A stretch of 64,000 bases of DNA from Bacteroidia bacterium (GTDB taxonomy: Bacteria > Bacteroidota > Bacteroidia > Bacteroidales > Paludibacteraceae). The position numbers were made by a program, and so were the translations under genes. This document shows, one piece after another, positions 1-8,238 of the stretch (within the stretch, counting starts at the first letter, position 1; the number at the start of each line of letters is the position of its first letter). Under the pieces are notes generated by a model. The model saw only the letters and a program-made list of their open reading frames with translations. It searched no databases and was not told the origin of the DNA. The DNA is taken from contig JAGKVE010000008.1 in NCBI GenBank assembly GCA_021152555.1, forward strand, positions 702 through 64,701, read 5' to 3'.

Positions 1-35
1 ATAATCCGAAAAAGGTAAATATCCCGGCGAGAGTT

Positions 36-443
36 ATGCTATTACATTTTAAAGACACCGTTGCAAACCTCACTTCTTTTAAAATTGAGTATGAGCATCT
101 TTTGAAAGGTGTAAAAGATGAATTGGAGTTTACAAAACAGGTCGAGAAAGAAGCTGAAGAAGCAGAAGAACGCAAGGATGGAACGATTTATATTCTCAAT
201 TATCGGAAATTCGATAAGCGGCGTATTAGTCCGTATCGCTACACTATAATCTTCAGTGCTACTTGGAGAAAACACATTCGGATTATCGTTTATGATGATT
301 CTCCATTAGAGTACTTTCCGCTTGCTGACTATTTAGAAATGCTTGCCTCAAAAATCAACTTCTATGAAAACTATCGTGAGGGCGACTGTAATTTCAATGA
401 AAAACCCGATTCAGAAGGAGATGCATCCGATTTACCCTTTTAG
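36..443 (+). CDS. hypothetical protein; the frame stays open to the left window edge, so this may be the C-terminal part of a longer CDS
   Basis: 135-aa ORF with an acidic helical stretch (KQVEKEAEEAEERKDG). No family recognised by eye. Confidence 0.35.
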   Translation: MLLHFKDTVANLTSFKIEYEHLLKGVKDELEFTKQVEKEAEEAEERKDGTIYILNYRKFDKRRISPYRYTIIFSATWRKHIRIIVYDDSPLEYFPLADYLEMLASKINFYENYREGDCNFNEKPDSEGDASDLPF

Positions 444-801
444 TCTCAAGCCCGAGTACGTCGATGAAATGACTGTCGATGCAGAAACCGAGACCAAACA
501 CAAAGCCGGTTGTGTTTGGAAACTGCTTGGCTCTCGCTATACTCAGTCCCAATTGGAAAGATATTGTACTCTATACGGTGTTACTACCGAGCAGGCTCTG
601 CAATGGAAGAGGTATTGGATGTAATTGTACCATCTCTGATAGTGTCGCGAGAGTGGCTTGAGAGTGCTGTAATATTAAGCGGCGTTCTATTCCTTATTCT
701 TAACAATCGTATTCCTTTCGACATCGGTCCAAGATCGTTCCAAATAGCAGACCTTACGCGTATGTTACGCGGAGGTTAGAGGGATGTTGGTATAATGACC
801 C

Positions 802-921
802 AATCTTAATAATCGTACATTTTTCGGGGTGGAAATAGCCTCTTTTTGTCTCGCTCATCGCTCGGTCATCGCTTGGTCATAGCTCGGTTGCGTCTCTTGT
901 TTGTCCGAATCTTAATAATCG
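802..921. repeat. 11-nt tandem array bracketed by a 14-nt direct repeat
   Basis: AATCTTAATAATCG occurs at 802-815 and 908-921. Between the copies are four 11-nt units: CTCGCTCATCG CTCGGTCATCG CTTGGTCATAG CTCGGTTGCGT (850-893). Confidence 0.8.
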
Positions 922-954
922 GCAATAACGGGGCATCAGGCAAACTTTTCTGCA

Positions 955-994
955 TTTTGGACTTGCATATGTCAGAAAAAAGCAGTAATTTTGC
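955..994 (+). promoter_or_regulatory. Bacteroidota-type promoter (-7 box TAATTTTG at 986-993)
   Basis: TAnnTTTG box about 55 nt upstream of the ATG at 1049, with a TTTG-containing stretch upstream. Confidence 0.5.
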
Positions 995-1048
995 AGTCGC
1001 AAACGCGAACTTAGGATACCAAGCAGAACATTTTAACACCATAACAAT

Positions 1049-1564
1049 ATGAACATTCTTGTTCTTCAGGGCTCGCCGAGAGCCAAAGGTAACACAGCCT
1101 GGATGGCGGAAGAGTACAAGAACGCAGCAGAGGCTGCAGGTCACAAAGTAACCATCGTCAATGTGGGACACAAGCACATCGCCGGCTGTCTGGCATGCGA
1201 ATACTGCCACGGCAAGGGCAACGGCGCGTGCATCCAGAAAGACGACATGCAGGAGCTCTATCCGCTCATGGCGGAGGCGGAAGTGCTGGTCCTCGCTGCA
1301 CCGATCTATTATTTCACGCTCTGCGCACAGATCCAGGCTGCTATCCAGCGTATGTACTGCGTCAATGCACCGGCTAAGGTAAAGAAGATGGCACTTCTCG
1401 TTTCATCTTATTCGCCGAACGTCTATGACGGAGCCAAAGCTGAGTTCCGCGACATCTGCAACTACTGGCACGCAGAGAACACGGGCGTCGTAACCGCCAA
1501 GATTGACGAGCAGAAGACTGACGCTACCAAACAGAAAATCGTTGAGCTGGTTGCCAAACTATGA
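1049..1564 (+). CDS. iron-sulfur flavoprotein-like / NAD(P)H-dependent FMN reductase (flavodoxin fold)
   Basis: N-terminus MNILVLQGSPRAKGNT is typical of FMN_red-type proteins. It has the compact Cys motif CLACEYCHGKGNGAC (CX2CX2CX7C) seen in Isf proteins. 4-nt overlap with the next gene. Confidence 0.75.
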   Translation: MNILVLQGSPRAKGNTAWMAEEYKNAAEAAGHKVTIVNVGHKHIAGCLACEYCHGKGNGACIQKDDMQELYPLMAEAEVLVLAAPIYYFTLCAQIQAAIQRMYCVNAPAKVKKMALLVSSYSPNVYDGAKAEFRDICNYWHAENTGVVTAKIDEQKTDATKQKIVELVAKL

Positions 1565-2718
1565 GAACATTCATACCCCTTGCACTCGCGGCTGTACTCT
1601 TTGCCGCCTGTGCGAATACAAATAGAGAAATGGTAAATGCAAATGATTCGTGGGACAAAGTGTTTCCGCTAAGCGAGAAAGTCTCTCACAAAAAGGTAAG
1701 TTTCCCAACCCAGTACGGCATCACGCTTGTTGCGGATTTATACATACCGAAGTCTGTCAGTCCGCAGGACGGTCTGTCAGCAGAGCGGTCTGTCAGTGAA
1801 ACGGTCTGTCAGCGTAGCGGTCTTCCGGCTATCGCCGTCTCTGGTCCTTTCGGTGCGACCAAAGAGCAGTCGTCCGGTCTGTATGCCATGAAGATGGCGG
1901 AGCGCGGATTTATTGCGCTGGCTTTTGATCCTTCCTTCACGGGCGAGAGTTCGGGCGAACCCCGTAGAACGGCTTCGCCGGACATCAACACCGAGGATTT
2001 CATGGCGGCGGTGGACTACTTGAGCAAGTTGCCCGAAGTGGACGTCGAGCGTATCGGTGTCATCGGTATCTGCGGTTGGGGCGGCATCGCCCTCAACGCC
2101 GCGGCTGCCGATCCGCGTATCAAGGCGACGGTGGCTTCTACGATGTACGACATGACCCGCGTCAGCGGTAACGGTTATTTCGATTCCGCCGACTCCGAAG
2201 AGGCGCGTCACGAAGCGCGTGTGGCACTCGCATCACAGCGTTTGGCGGACCCGGCGGCGATGGCAGGCGGTGTCGTTGACCCGCTGCCGGACGATGCACC
2301 GCAGTTCGTCAAGGACTACCACGATTACTACAAGACCGTCCGCGGTTACCACGTCCGTTCCGGCAACTCCAACGACGGCTGGCGTGTCATCGGCACGCAG
2401 GCGTACGCCAACACCCGGTTCCTCTATTACATCAACGAGATCCGTTCGGCGGTACTCGTCATGCACGGCGAGAAAGCCCACAGCCGTTATTTCGGCGAAG
2501 CGGCATACCATTACATGGTGGATGGCAAAGCGGAGGGGTACAAGACTGTCGTGGCTCCTAATCCGTGCCCGCAGAACAAAGAACTGCTCATCATCCCTGG
2601 TGCCTCGCATTGCGACCTCTATGACGGCGGTTTCACAGGCCCTGCCGGAACCGGCGAATCCAAGAACCTCATCCCGTGGGACCGGTTAGCCGCGTTCTTT
2701 ACCATGTATCTGAAATAA
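1561..2718 (+). CDS. alpha/beta hydrolase lipoprotein (dienelactone-hydrolase-like, Cys in the nucleophile elbow)
   Basis: Signal peptide plus lipobox (LAAVLFAAC). Nucleophile elbow reads GICGWGG. Overall alpha/beta-hydrolase pattern, with VLVMHGEKAH and GASHCDLY near the C-terminus. Confidence 0.7.
   Translation: MRTFIPLALAAVLFAACANTNREMVNANDSWDKVFPLSEKVSHKKVSFPTQYGITLVADLYIPKSVSPQDGLSAERSVSETVCQRSGLPAIAVSGPFGATKEQSSGLYAMKMAERGFIALAFDPSFTGESSGEPRRTASPDINTEDFMAAVDYLSKLPEVDVERIGVIGICGWGGIALNAAAADPRIKATVASTMYDMTRVSGNGYFDSADSEEARHEARVALASQRLADPAAMAGGVVDPLPDDAPQFVKDYHDYYKTVRGYHVRSGNSNDGWRVIGTQAYANTRFLYYINEIRSAVLVMHGEKAHSRYFGEAAYHYMVDGKAEGYKTVVAPNPCPQNKELLIIPGASHCDLYDGGFTGPAGTGESKNLIPWDRLAAFFTMYLK
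1752..1828. repeat. 16-nt-period GTCTKNCAG array read in frame inside the hydrolase CDS
   Basis: GTCTGTCAG at 1752, 1772, 1788 and 1804, and GTCTTCCGG at 1820 (spacing 20, 16, 16, 16). Translated as SVSPQDGLSAERSVSETVCQRSG. Confidence 0.85.
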
Positions 2719-2903
2719 TATGTTTGCTATCCGCCGCGCGGATAGGCTAAACGGAAGTTTGATAAATTTGGCGTTTCTATAAGGGAAAAAGCGCCAAATT
2801 TTTCGAATTTACTGTCAAAGACTAAAAAAACACATTGCTGAGTTGTCCAAGTCGTGGATTTTGCGTACTTTTGCATCGTATTTAATAAGGTTATTAAACA
2901 ACC

Positions 2904-5474
2904 ATGCAAATCAAAGAACTCATACAGGAAACACATTTTGAGCAGCGGGATGAGGTATGCCCGGGGTGCGCAAACAAATGTCAGGTGCGGTGCTATACGT
3001 TTGCCAACGGGCGGACGTATTTCTCGGGCAACAACTGCGAGAAAGTGTATTCGAACAGAGCGGAGGGCGAGAAGCAGGGCGTGAATATGTTCGAGGAGAA
3101 ATACAAAATGCTCTTCAGCCACCATACCTCGCCCCAACCCTCTCCCAAGGAGAGGGGGCTTCTCCCCTTAGGGGAGACGGGAGAGAGGTGTATCGGTATA
3201 CCGCGCGGTTTGGGCATGTACGAGGATTACCCGTTCTGGCGGACGTTTTTCAATTGCTGCGGAATACGGACCGTGCTGAGCGGCGTGAGCACCAACAGGC
3301 TCTACGAGAAAGGAGTGCGGACCATCGTGGCGGACAATATATGCTTTCCTGCCAAGTTGATGCACGGACATGTGATGGACCTGATACAGAAAGGCGTGGA
3401 CCGGATTTTCTATCCGTGGGTGGTGTATGAGCGCAAGGAGGACGAGGGGGCGAAGAACTCGTTCAACTGCCCGATCGTGAGCGGCTACTCGGATGTGCTG
3501 AAGAGTTCCATCCGTCCGGAAGAGAAATACGGTATTCCGCTGGACGCACCGACTATCTCGTTCAAGGACGAGGAACTGCTGCGGAGTTCGCTCGTGGAGT
3601 ATATGAATGGCATGAATATCCCTGCCAATATTGTACAAGCGGCGGTGACGCAGGCTATAGAGGCGCAGAAAGAGTATCTGGACAGTCTGGAGAGGCGTGA
3701 CTTGGCGGTGCTGGAGGCGGCAAAGAAAGAAGGGCGGATGGTTATTCTGTTGGCTGCGCGGCCTTACCATATCGACCCGCTTATCCAGCACAAGATAGCC
3801 GACGCCATAGCTGCGATGGGCATTGATGTGGTGACAGAGAATATCGCTACGCATGCCGGGCAGGGTGTTTATGGCGAGATTAACGCATTGTGCCAGTGGG
3901 CGTACCCGAACAGGATTTTCAAGGCAGCGCATTTTGTGGGCAACAGCGATTACAAGGGCTTGCACATGGTGCAACTGACTTCTTTCGGCTGCGGACCCGA
4001 CGCGTTTATATTGGACGAGGTAAGAGGAATATTAGGGCGCTACGGCAAGAACCTGACCGTGCTGAAGATAGACGATGTGAACAATATCGGGTCGCTGAGG
4101 CTGAGAGTGCGGTCATTAGTAGAAAGTACGAAAGACGGAAGTACGATGTACGAAGGAAGTACGAAGGAGGTTAAAAGTACGAAGCCGTGGACGACGAAGC
4201 CCTTTGAGGTAGAGGACAAGGAGCGGGTGATATTGGCGCCGTATTTTGCGGAAGGGTACAATGAGTTTCTGCCGACTATTTTCAAGTTGGCGGGCTATAA
4301 GATGGTGCCGCTGCCGATGGGTACGCAGGCGGACGCCGAGGAAGGTCTGCGCGTGGCGAACAACGATATTTGCTATCCGGCAACAATCGTAGTGGGAAGC
4401 ATTGTGCGTGCGTTGAAGTCGGGCAAATACGATCTGAACAAGACGGCTGTTGCTATTACGCAGACAGGCGGGCAGTGCCGCGCAAGCAATTATTATTCGC
4501 TTATCAAGAACGCACTCGTGGCGGCAGGCATGAGCCAAGTGCCGGTCATCTCCGTGGCTATCGGTACCGACCAGAAAAACAACCAGCCGGGATTCCAGAT
4601 AGAGTGGAGTAAGTTGATCCGACCTACATTGGAAGCATTGTTCTTTGCCGACGCACTCGCCAAACTCTATTATCCGGCTGCAGCCCGTCCTATAAGTCCA
4701 ACAGCAAAGCGGTCTTACAGTGAAACGGTCTTGCAGCGAAGCGGTCATACAGCCGAAGGCGGTCCTACTGCAAAGCAGTTGTATGATTATTATTTGGAGG
4801 CAGTGCAGCCGCTGTTGGAGAGACGGGATTACAGAGGAATGCGGCGGATGATGGCGCAGGCAGTGAAGGATTTTGATGCTATTTGTGACCATACGAAAGA
4901 GGTGACGCAGGTCGGTGTGGTAGGTGAGATTTACGTCAAATACAACTCTTTCAGCAACAAGGAGGTCATCAAATGGCTGATAGCGCACGGCGTGGAAGTG
5001 GTGCCGCCGGCTATTACGGGGTTCTTCTCGACCTCTGTTCCCAATGCGTTCATTTTCAAGGACCAGCACATCCGTCTGGACGGTTTGAAACCCTGGCAGG
5101 CATGGCTTGTAAATAAAGTGCTGAGGCACTACGCGCATGTGTATGACAAGATATGCAAGCCGTTCCCGTACTACAGGCCGTTCTCGGATATCATGGATGT
5201 ATGGCGTGCGAGCCGGAAAGTAATCAATTCGGCGGCGGATTTCGGCGAGGGATGGTTCCTGCCGGGCGAGATATGCGAGTTAGCCGAAAGCGGCGTGAAG
5301 AAAGTGGTGTCGCTGCAGCCGTTTGGTTGCATCGCCAACCATATCATCAGCAAAGGTATCGAGCGGCGGTACAAGGATCTGTATCCTGATTTGTCGCTGC
5401 TGTTCCTCGATTTCGATGCCGGCACAAGCGAAGCCAATGTAGCCAACAGACTGCACTTTATGTTGGAAAATTAA
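2904..5474 (+). CDS. acyl-CoA dehydratase activase-related protein (DUF2229 / HGD-D-like), stand-alone, without the BcrAD/BadFG ATPase domains
   Basis: Motifs CPGCANKCQVRCY, ICFPAKLMHGH, FNCPIVSGY, QLTSFGCGPDA, NDICYPATIVVG, QTGGQCRASNY and LQPFGCIANHI. TACTTTTG -7 box about 20 nt upstream. Confidence 0.7.
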   Translation: MQIKELIQETHFEQRDEVCPGCANKCQVRCYTFANGRTYFSGNNCEKVYSNRAEGEKQGVNMFEEKYKMLFSHHTSPQPSPKERGLLPLGETGERCIGIPRGLGMYEDYPFWRTFFNCCGIRTVLSGVSTNRLYEKGVRTIVADNICFPAKLMHGHVMDLIQKGVDRIFYPWVVYERKEDEGAKNSFNCPIVSGYSDVLKSSIRPEEKYGIPLDAPTISFKDEELLRSSLVEYMNGMNIPANIVQAAVTQAIEAQKEYLDSLERRDLAVLEAAKKEGRMVILLAARPYHIDPLIQHKIADAIAAMGIDVVTENIATHAGQGVYGEINALCQWAYPNRIFKAAHFVGNSDYKGLHMVQLTSFGCGPDAFILDEVRGILGRYGKNLTVLKIDDVNNIGSLRLRVRSLVESTKDGSTMYEGSTKEVKSTKPWTTKPFEVEDKERVILAPYFAEGYNEFLPTIFKLAGYKMVPLPMGTQADAEEGLRVANNDICYPATIVVGSIVRALKSGKYDLNKTAVAITQTGGQCRASNYYSLIKNALVAAGMSQVPVISVAIGTDQKNNQPGFQIEWSKLIRPTLEALFFADALAKLYYPAAARPISPTAKRSYSETVLQRSGHTAEGGPTAKQLYDYYLEAVQPLLERRDYRGMRRMMAQAVKDFDAICDHTKEVTQVGVVGEIYVKYNSFSNKEVIKWLIAHGVEVVPPAITGFFSTSVPNAFIFKDQHIRLDGLKPWQAWLVNKVLRHYAHVYDKICKPFPYYRPFSDIMDVWRASRKVINSAADFGEGWFLPGEICELAESGVKKVVSLQPFGCIANHIISKGIERRYKDLYPDLSLLFLDFDAGTSEANVANRLHFMLEN
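3138..3177. repeat. two back-to-back perfect small palindromes read in frame
   Basis: CCCTCTCC-caa-GGAGAGGG (3138-3156) and TCTCCCC-tta-GGGGAGA (3161-3177). Translated within SPQPSPKERGLLPLGETGE. Confidence 0.8.
4120..4200. repeat. AGTACGAAG-type 15/18-nt repeats read in frame
   Basis: AGTACG at 4125, 4140, 4158 and 4176. Translated as STKDGSTMYEGSTKEVKSTKP. Confidence 0.75.
4696..4770. repeat. second 16-nt-period GTCNNNCAG array read in frame
   Basis: GTCCAACAG 4696, GTCTTACAG 4712, GTCTTGCAG 4728, GTCATACAG 4744, GTCCTACTG 4762. Translated as SPTAKRSYSETVLQRSGHTAEGGPTAK. Confidence 0.85.
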
Positions 5475-5481
5475 GGATATA

Positions 5482-5513
5482 TTTGCAAATATCAATTTTT
5501 TGTTGTAATTTTG
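5482..5513 (+). promoter_or_regulatory. Bacteroidota-type promoter (TTTG 5482-5485, N20, TAATTTTG 5506-5513)
   Basis: Canonical -33/-7 layout upstream of the TetR gene. Confidence 0.6.
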
Positions 5514-5540
5514 CAGCCGAAATGACTAAATGGCTGCCCA

Positions 5541-6164
5541 ATGAACATGAATGACCAACACATGGAGACACGCATACGCGAGGTGGCGCAAGAGTTGTTT
5601 TTTAAGCAAGGTTATGCAGCTACGTCCACCACTCAAATTGCGCGTGAGGTAGGCTGTACTCAGGCGTTAGTACACTATTATTACCGGACAAAGGAGAACC
5701 TTTTCCGTCAGATTTTTCTGGAGCAGGTTGAGGCGGCACTAAATGTGGTGGGACGTTCGCTGGCGAGTGAAATGTCATTTGATGATTTCATCCGTTCGGC
5801 GATTTCCATGTATTTTGATGCGCTGATACAAAATCCCCGTTTGCCGTATTTTGTATTGGAAGAGTTGGCAAATAATCCCGAACGGCGCAAATACCTGCGT
5901 GAGCATTTTGTAAAGAAACCGTCTTATGTGCTGCTATACATGCAATTAGAAGGTCGTGTGAAGGCGGAGCAGCAGGCAGGTCGGTTAGCCAAAGTAGAAC
6001 CGTTCGATATTATGATGTCTGTAGCGTCACTGACCGTATTCACGTTTATTTCACTGCCGATGTATCAGGACCTGCTGTCCCGCACAGATGACCAAGTGAG
6101 AGAATTTGTAGAGCATCGAAAAGCAGAGATAACGCGTTTGGTGTTGCAAGGGTTGAGACCGTAG
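5541..6164 (+). CDS. TetR/AcrR family transcriptional regulator
   Basis: N-terminal HTH GYAATSTTQIAREVGCTQALVHYYYRTKENLF, followed by an all-helical C-terminal domain. Confidence 0.85.
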   Translation: MNMNDQHMETRIREVAQELFFKQGYAATSTTQIAREVGCTQALVHYYYRTKENLFRQIFLEQVEAALNVVGRSLASEMSFDDFIRSAISMYFDALIQNPRLPYFVLEELANNPERRKYLREHFVKKPSYVLLYMQLEGRVKAEQQAGRLAKVEPFDIMMSVASLTVFTFISLPMYQDLLSRTDDQVREFVEHRKAEITRLVLQGLRP

Positions 6165-6176
6165 AGAATGAATTTT

Positions 6177-6256
6177 GATTATCTCTCGATATTGACTCGA
6201 TATTGACTCGATAACGACTCGATAACGACTCGATAACGACTCGATATTGACTCGGG
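6177..6256 (+). repeat. 11-nt tandem array with leader GATTATCTC + (TCGATAWYGAC)x6 + TCGGG
   Basis: Units at 6186, 6197, 6208, 6219, 6230 and 6241. The same leader and unit recur in reverse complement at 48373-48441. Confidence 0.9.
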
Positions 6257-6329
6257 TACAATCCAATACATAAAAAGTACGATTTGCATTCGATAAACCC
6301 CGATTGTTAAATGCTAAAAAATAAAAGTT

Positions 6330-6602
6330 ATGCTAAAAGATTTGCTTAAAGTGACCGCAGTGTTTGCGGCCGGCGCAGCAGTAGGTGCTGCAGTGGCTGT
6401 TTTACTGACTCCGAAGACAGGAGAAGAAATGCGTGAACAACTCAAAGACTTGGCGGAAGATGCCAAGAAACGCGCCCAGGACTACTATGCGCAAGTAAAG
6501 GACGAAATAACCGAAAGTCAGAAATCCAAGGCGGAAAGACCAAAATCGAACGCCAAGAGTCAGAAACCGAAAAAAGTAGCAAGCGAACAGAAGGAGGCAT
6601 AA
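6330..6602 (+). CDS. YtxH domain-containing protein
   Basis: N-terminal TM helix, then LLTPKTGEEMREQLKDLAEDAKKRAQDY (YtxH signature). Lys-rich tail. Confidence 0.7.
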   Translation: MLKDLLKVTAVFAAGAAVGAAVAVLLTPKTGEEMREQLKDLAEDAKKRAQDYYAQVKDEITESQKSKAERPKSNAKSQKPKKVASEQKEA

Positions 6603-6603
6603 T

Positions 6604-7092
6604 ATGGAAAAAGAGATGTTGGAACAACTGAAGGAAGAAGTGACTTCCTGCGGAACCTCTTTTGGTGAGGTAGGCAGATTGCGTCTTGTGGGCGCAGTGA
6701 GCCGTATAGCAGGCCAGTTTCTGCTGATATTCACGATAGTATTGTTTGTGTTTGCGTTCCTTTCGTTCGGAGCCGTAGCCGCTATTCATGCGATGTCAGC
6801 CGTGATGCCGGTATGGGGAGCTGCACTTATAATGGGTGGTGTGTATGTCGTGCTGATAATCATCGCCATAGCATGCCGCAAGCCGTTGTTTATCCATCCG
6901 TTCATCAAACTGATGAATAAAGAGACTGCCACTGAAGAAGAATTGGCGTTGAAGACGATGGAAGCAGAACACAAGGCCGAAATCCAATATATCCGTTTGG
7001 AGTCGCGTGTTGAGAATGCGACACGCGAACTGAGTCTGTATGCCAACCTCATCAGCCGTGTATGGGCATGGTTGAAAGGTAAGAAAGGCTAA
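6604..7092 (+). CDS. small membrane protein, possibly holin-X/DUF1469-like partner of YtxH
   Basis: Two adjacent TM helices (LLIFTIVLFVFAFLSFGAVAAI and VWGAALIMGGVYVVLIIIAIA). Starts 1 nt after the ytxH-like stop. Confidence 0.4.
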   Translation: MEKEMLEQLKEEVTSCGTSFGEVGRLRLVGAVSRIAGQFLLIFTIVLFVFAFLSFGAVAAIHAMSAVMPVWGAALIMGGVYVVLIIIAIACRKPLFIHPFIKLMNKETATEEELALKTMEAEHKAEIQYIRLESRVENATRELSLYANLISRVWAWLKGKKG

Positions 7093-7119
7093 ACAAGGAT
7101 TGAAATAGAGAATTGAGAG

Positions 7120-8166
7120 ATGTTCAGTCGTTTGTACGGCGTGCTACTGCCGTTTTTTGTCAGTTTCCTATTAGCGTATGTACTGGACCCCATTGTGGGC
7201 TTTATCCAGACAAAGTGCCGTGTGCGAAATAGGGCGCTTGCTGTGTGCGTTACATTGTTGTTGGCGGTGAGCATTGTTGTCGGGGCTGTTGCTGCATTGC
7301 GCAAACCAGTAACGGAACAGGTCAATGCTGCATGGACGGGCTTCCAAAATTACATTGCCGCCTTTAATATCAATGATTACGTGTCTGCGGAGACGCAGGA
7401 GAAACTGCTGCAATGGCAGACTGAATGGGACTGGCAGTCCATCCTCGCCAACCCGGAGCTGACCAATTCCATTAAAAACCTTATCCCGTCTATAGGAAAT
7501 TGGATTACGGGCGGTCTGAGTTGGATGAGTGAACTGTTAGTCGTGTTCATCGGCTTTATGTACCTTATTTTTCTGATGATTGACTTTCCGAATATCCGTG
7601 CGAATTACAGTCGGTTTATCCCGCGCAAAATCCGTCCAAAGGTGGTGATGCTGATGGGTGATATAGACCGCAATATGAACGCTTATTTCCGTGGGCAGGC
7701 AACGGTAGCGACGTGCGTAGGAATCCTTTTCGCTATCGGTTTTACAATCATCGGCATGCCGATGGGAATAGCGATGGGTTTGATAATCGGATTGCTGAAC
7801 ATGGTGCCCTATATGCAGGCTTTGGGCATTCCCCCTTGTATTGTGTTGTGCCTTATCCAGTCAGCGCAAACGGGTCAACCGGTATGGCTGACGTTGCTGA
7901 TGATGGCTGCTGTGTTTGTTGTGGTACAAACGATACAAGATATGGTGCTCACACCGAAGATTATGGGGGATGTGACAGGAATGAGCCCTGCGGCTATTCT
8001 GCTGAGCCTGAGTATATGGGGGGCACTTTGCGGCGTAATCGGAATGATTATCGCACTGCCGATAACTACGCTTATTATTAGTTACTACGACCGCTTTTTT
8101 GCGAATCGCGGAGTAAGCAGCCGTGCTCACCAGGCAGATTATAGAGGAAGGCTCAGAAAAAAGTAG
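7120..8166 (+). CDS. AI-2E family transporter (PerM/UPF0118)
   Basis: Polytopic membrane protein with the family's C-terminal pattern (LNMVPYMQALG ... MSPAAILLSLSIWGALCGVIGMIIALPI). Confidence 0.8.
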   Translation: MFSRLYGVLLPFFVSFLLAYVLDPIVGFIQTKCRVRNRALAVCVTLLLAVSIVVGAVAALRKPVTEQVNAAWTGFQNYIAAFNINDYVSAETQEKLLQWQTEWDWQSILANPELTNSIKNLIPSIGNWITGGLSWMSELLVVFIGFMYLIFLMIDFPNIRANYSRFIPRKIRPKVVMLMGDIDRNMNAYFRGQATVATCVGILFAIGFTIIGMPMGIAMGLIIGLLNMVPYMQALGIPPCIVLCLIQSAQTGQPVWLTLLMMAAVFVVVQTIQDMVLTPKIMGDVTGMSPAAILLSLSIWGALCGVIGMIIALPITTLIISYYDRFFANRGVSSRAHQADYRGRLRKK

Positions 8167-8238
8167 AAACATTCCTCTATGCATTGCGGTTTGGCATAGA
8201 GTTTGTATCATAGCTTGTGCAAATAAAAACACAAAGCT

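Noticed and set aside
343-624. 93-aa ORF overlapping the end of 36-443, with a possible 51-aa version from the ATG near 469
   Set aside because: The first 100 nt overlap the better-supported upstream ORF. The short version has no recognisable motif or promoter box, so it is left uncalled.
2727-2745. Hairpin CTATCCGC-cgc-GCGGATAG after the hydrolase gene as a terminator
   Set aside because: There is no U-tract and the loop is very short, so it is not called as a terminator.
3168-5138. Long minus-strand ORFs (268 aa and 340 aa) inside 2904-5474
   Set aside because: They are antisense shadows of the DUF2229-type gene, with no motifs and Arg-rich composition.
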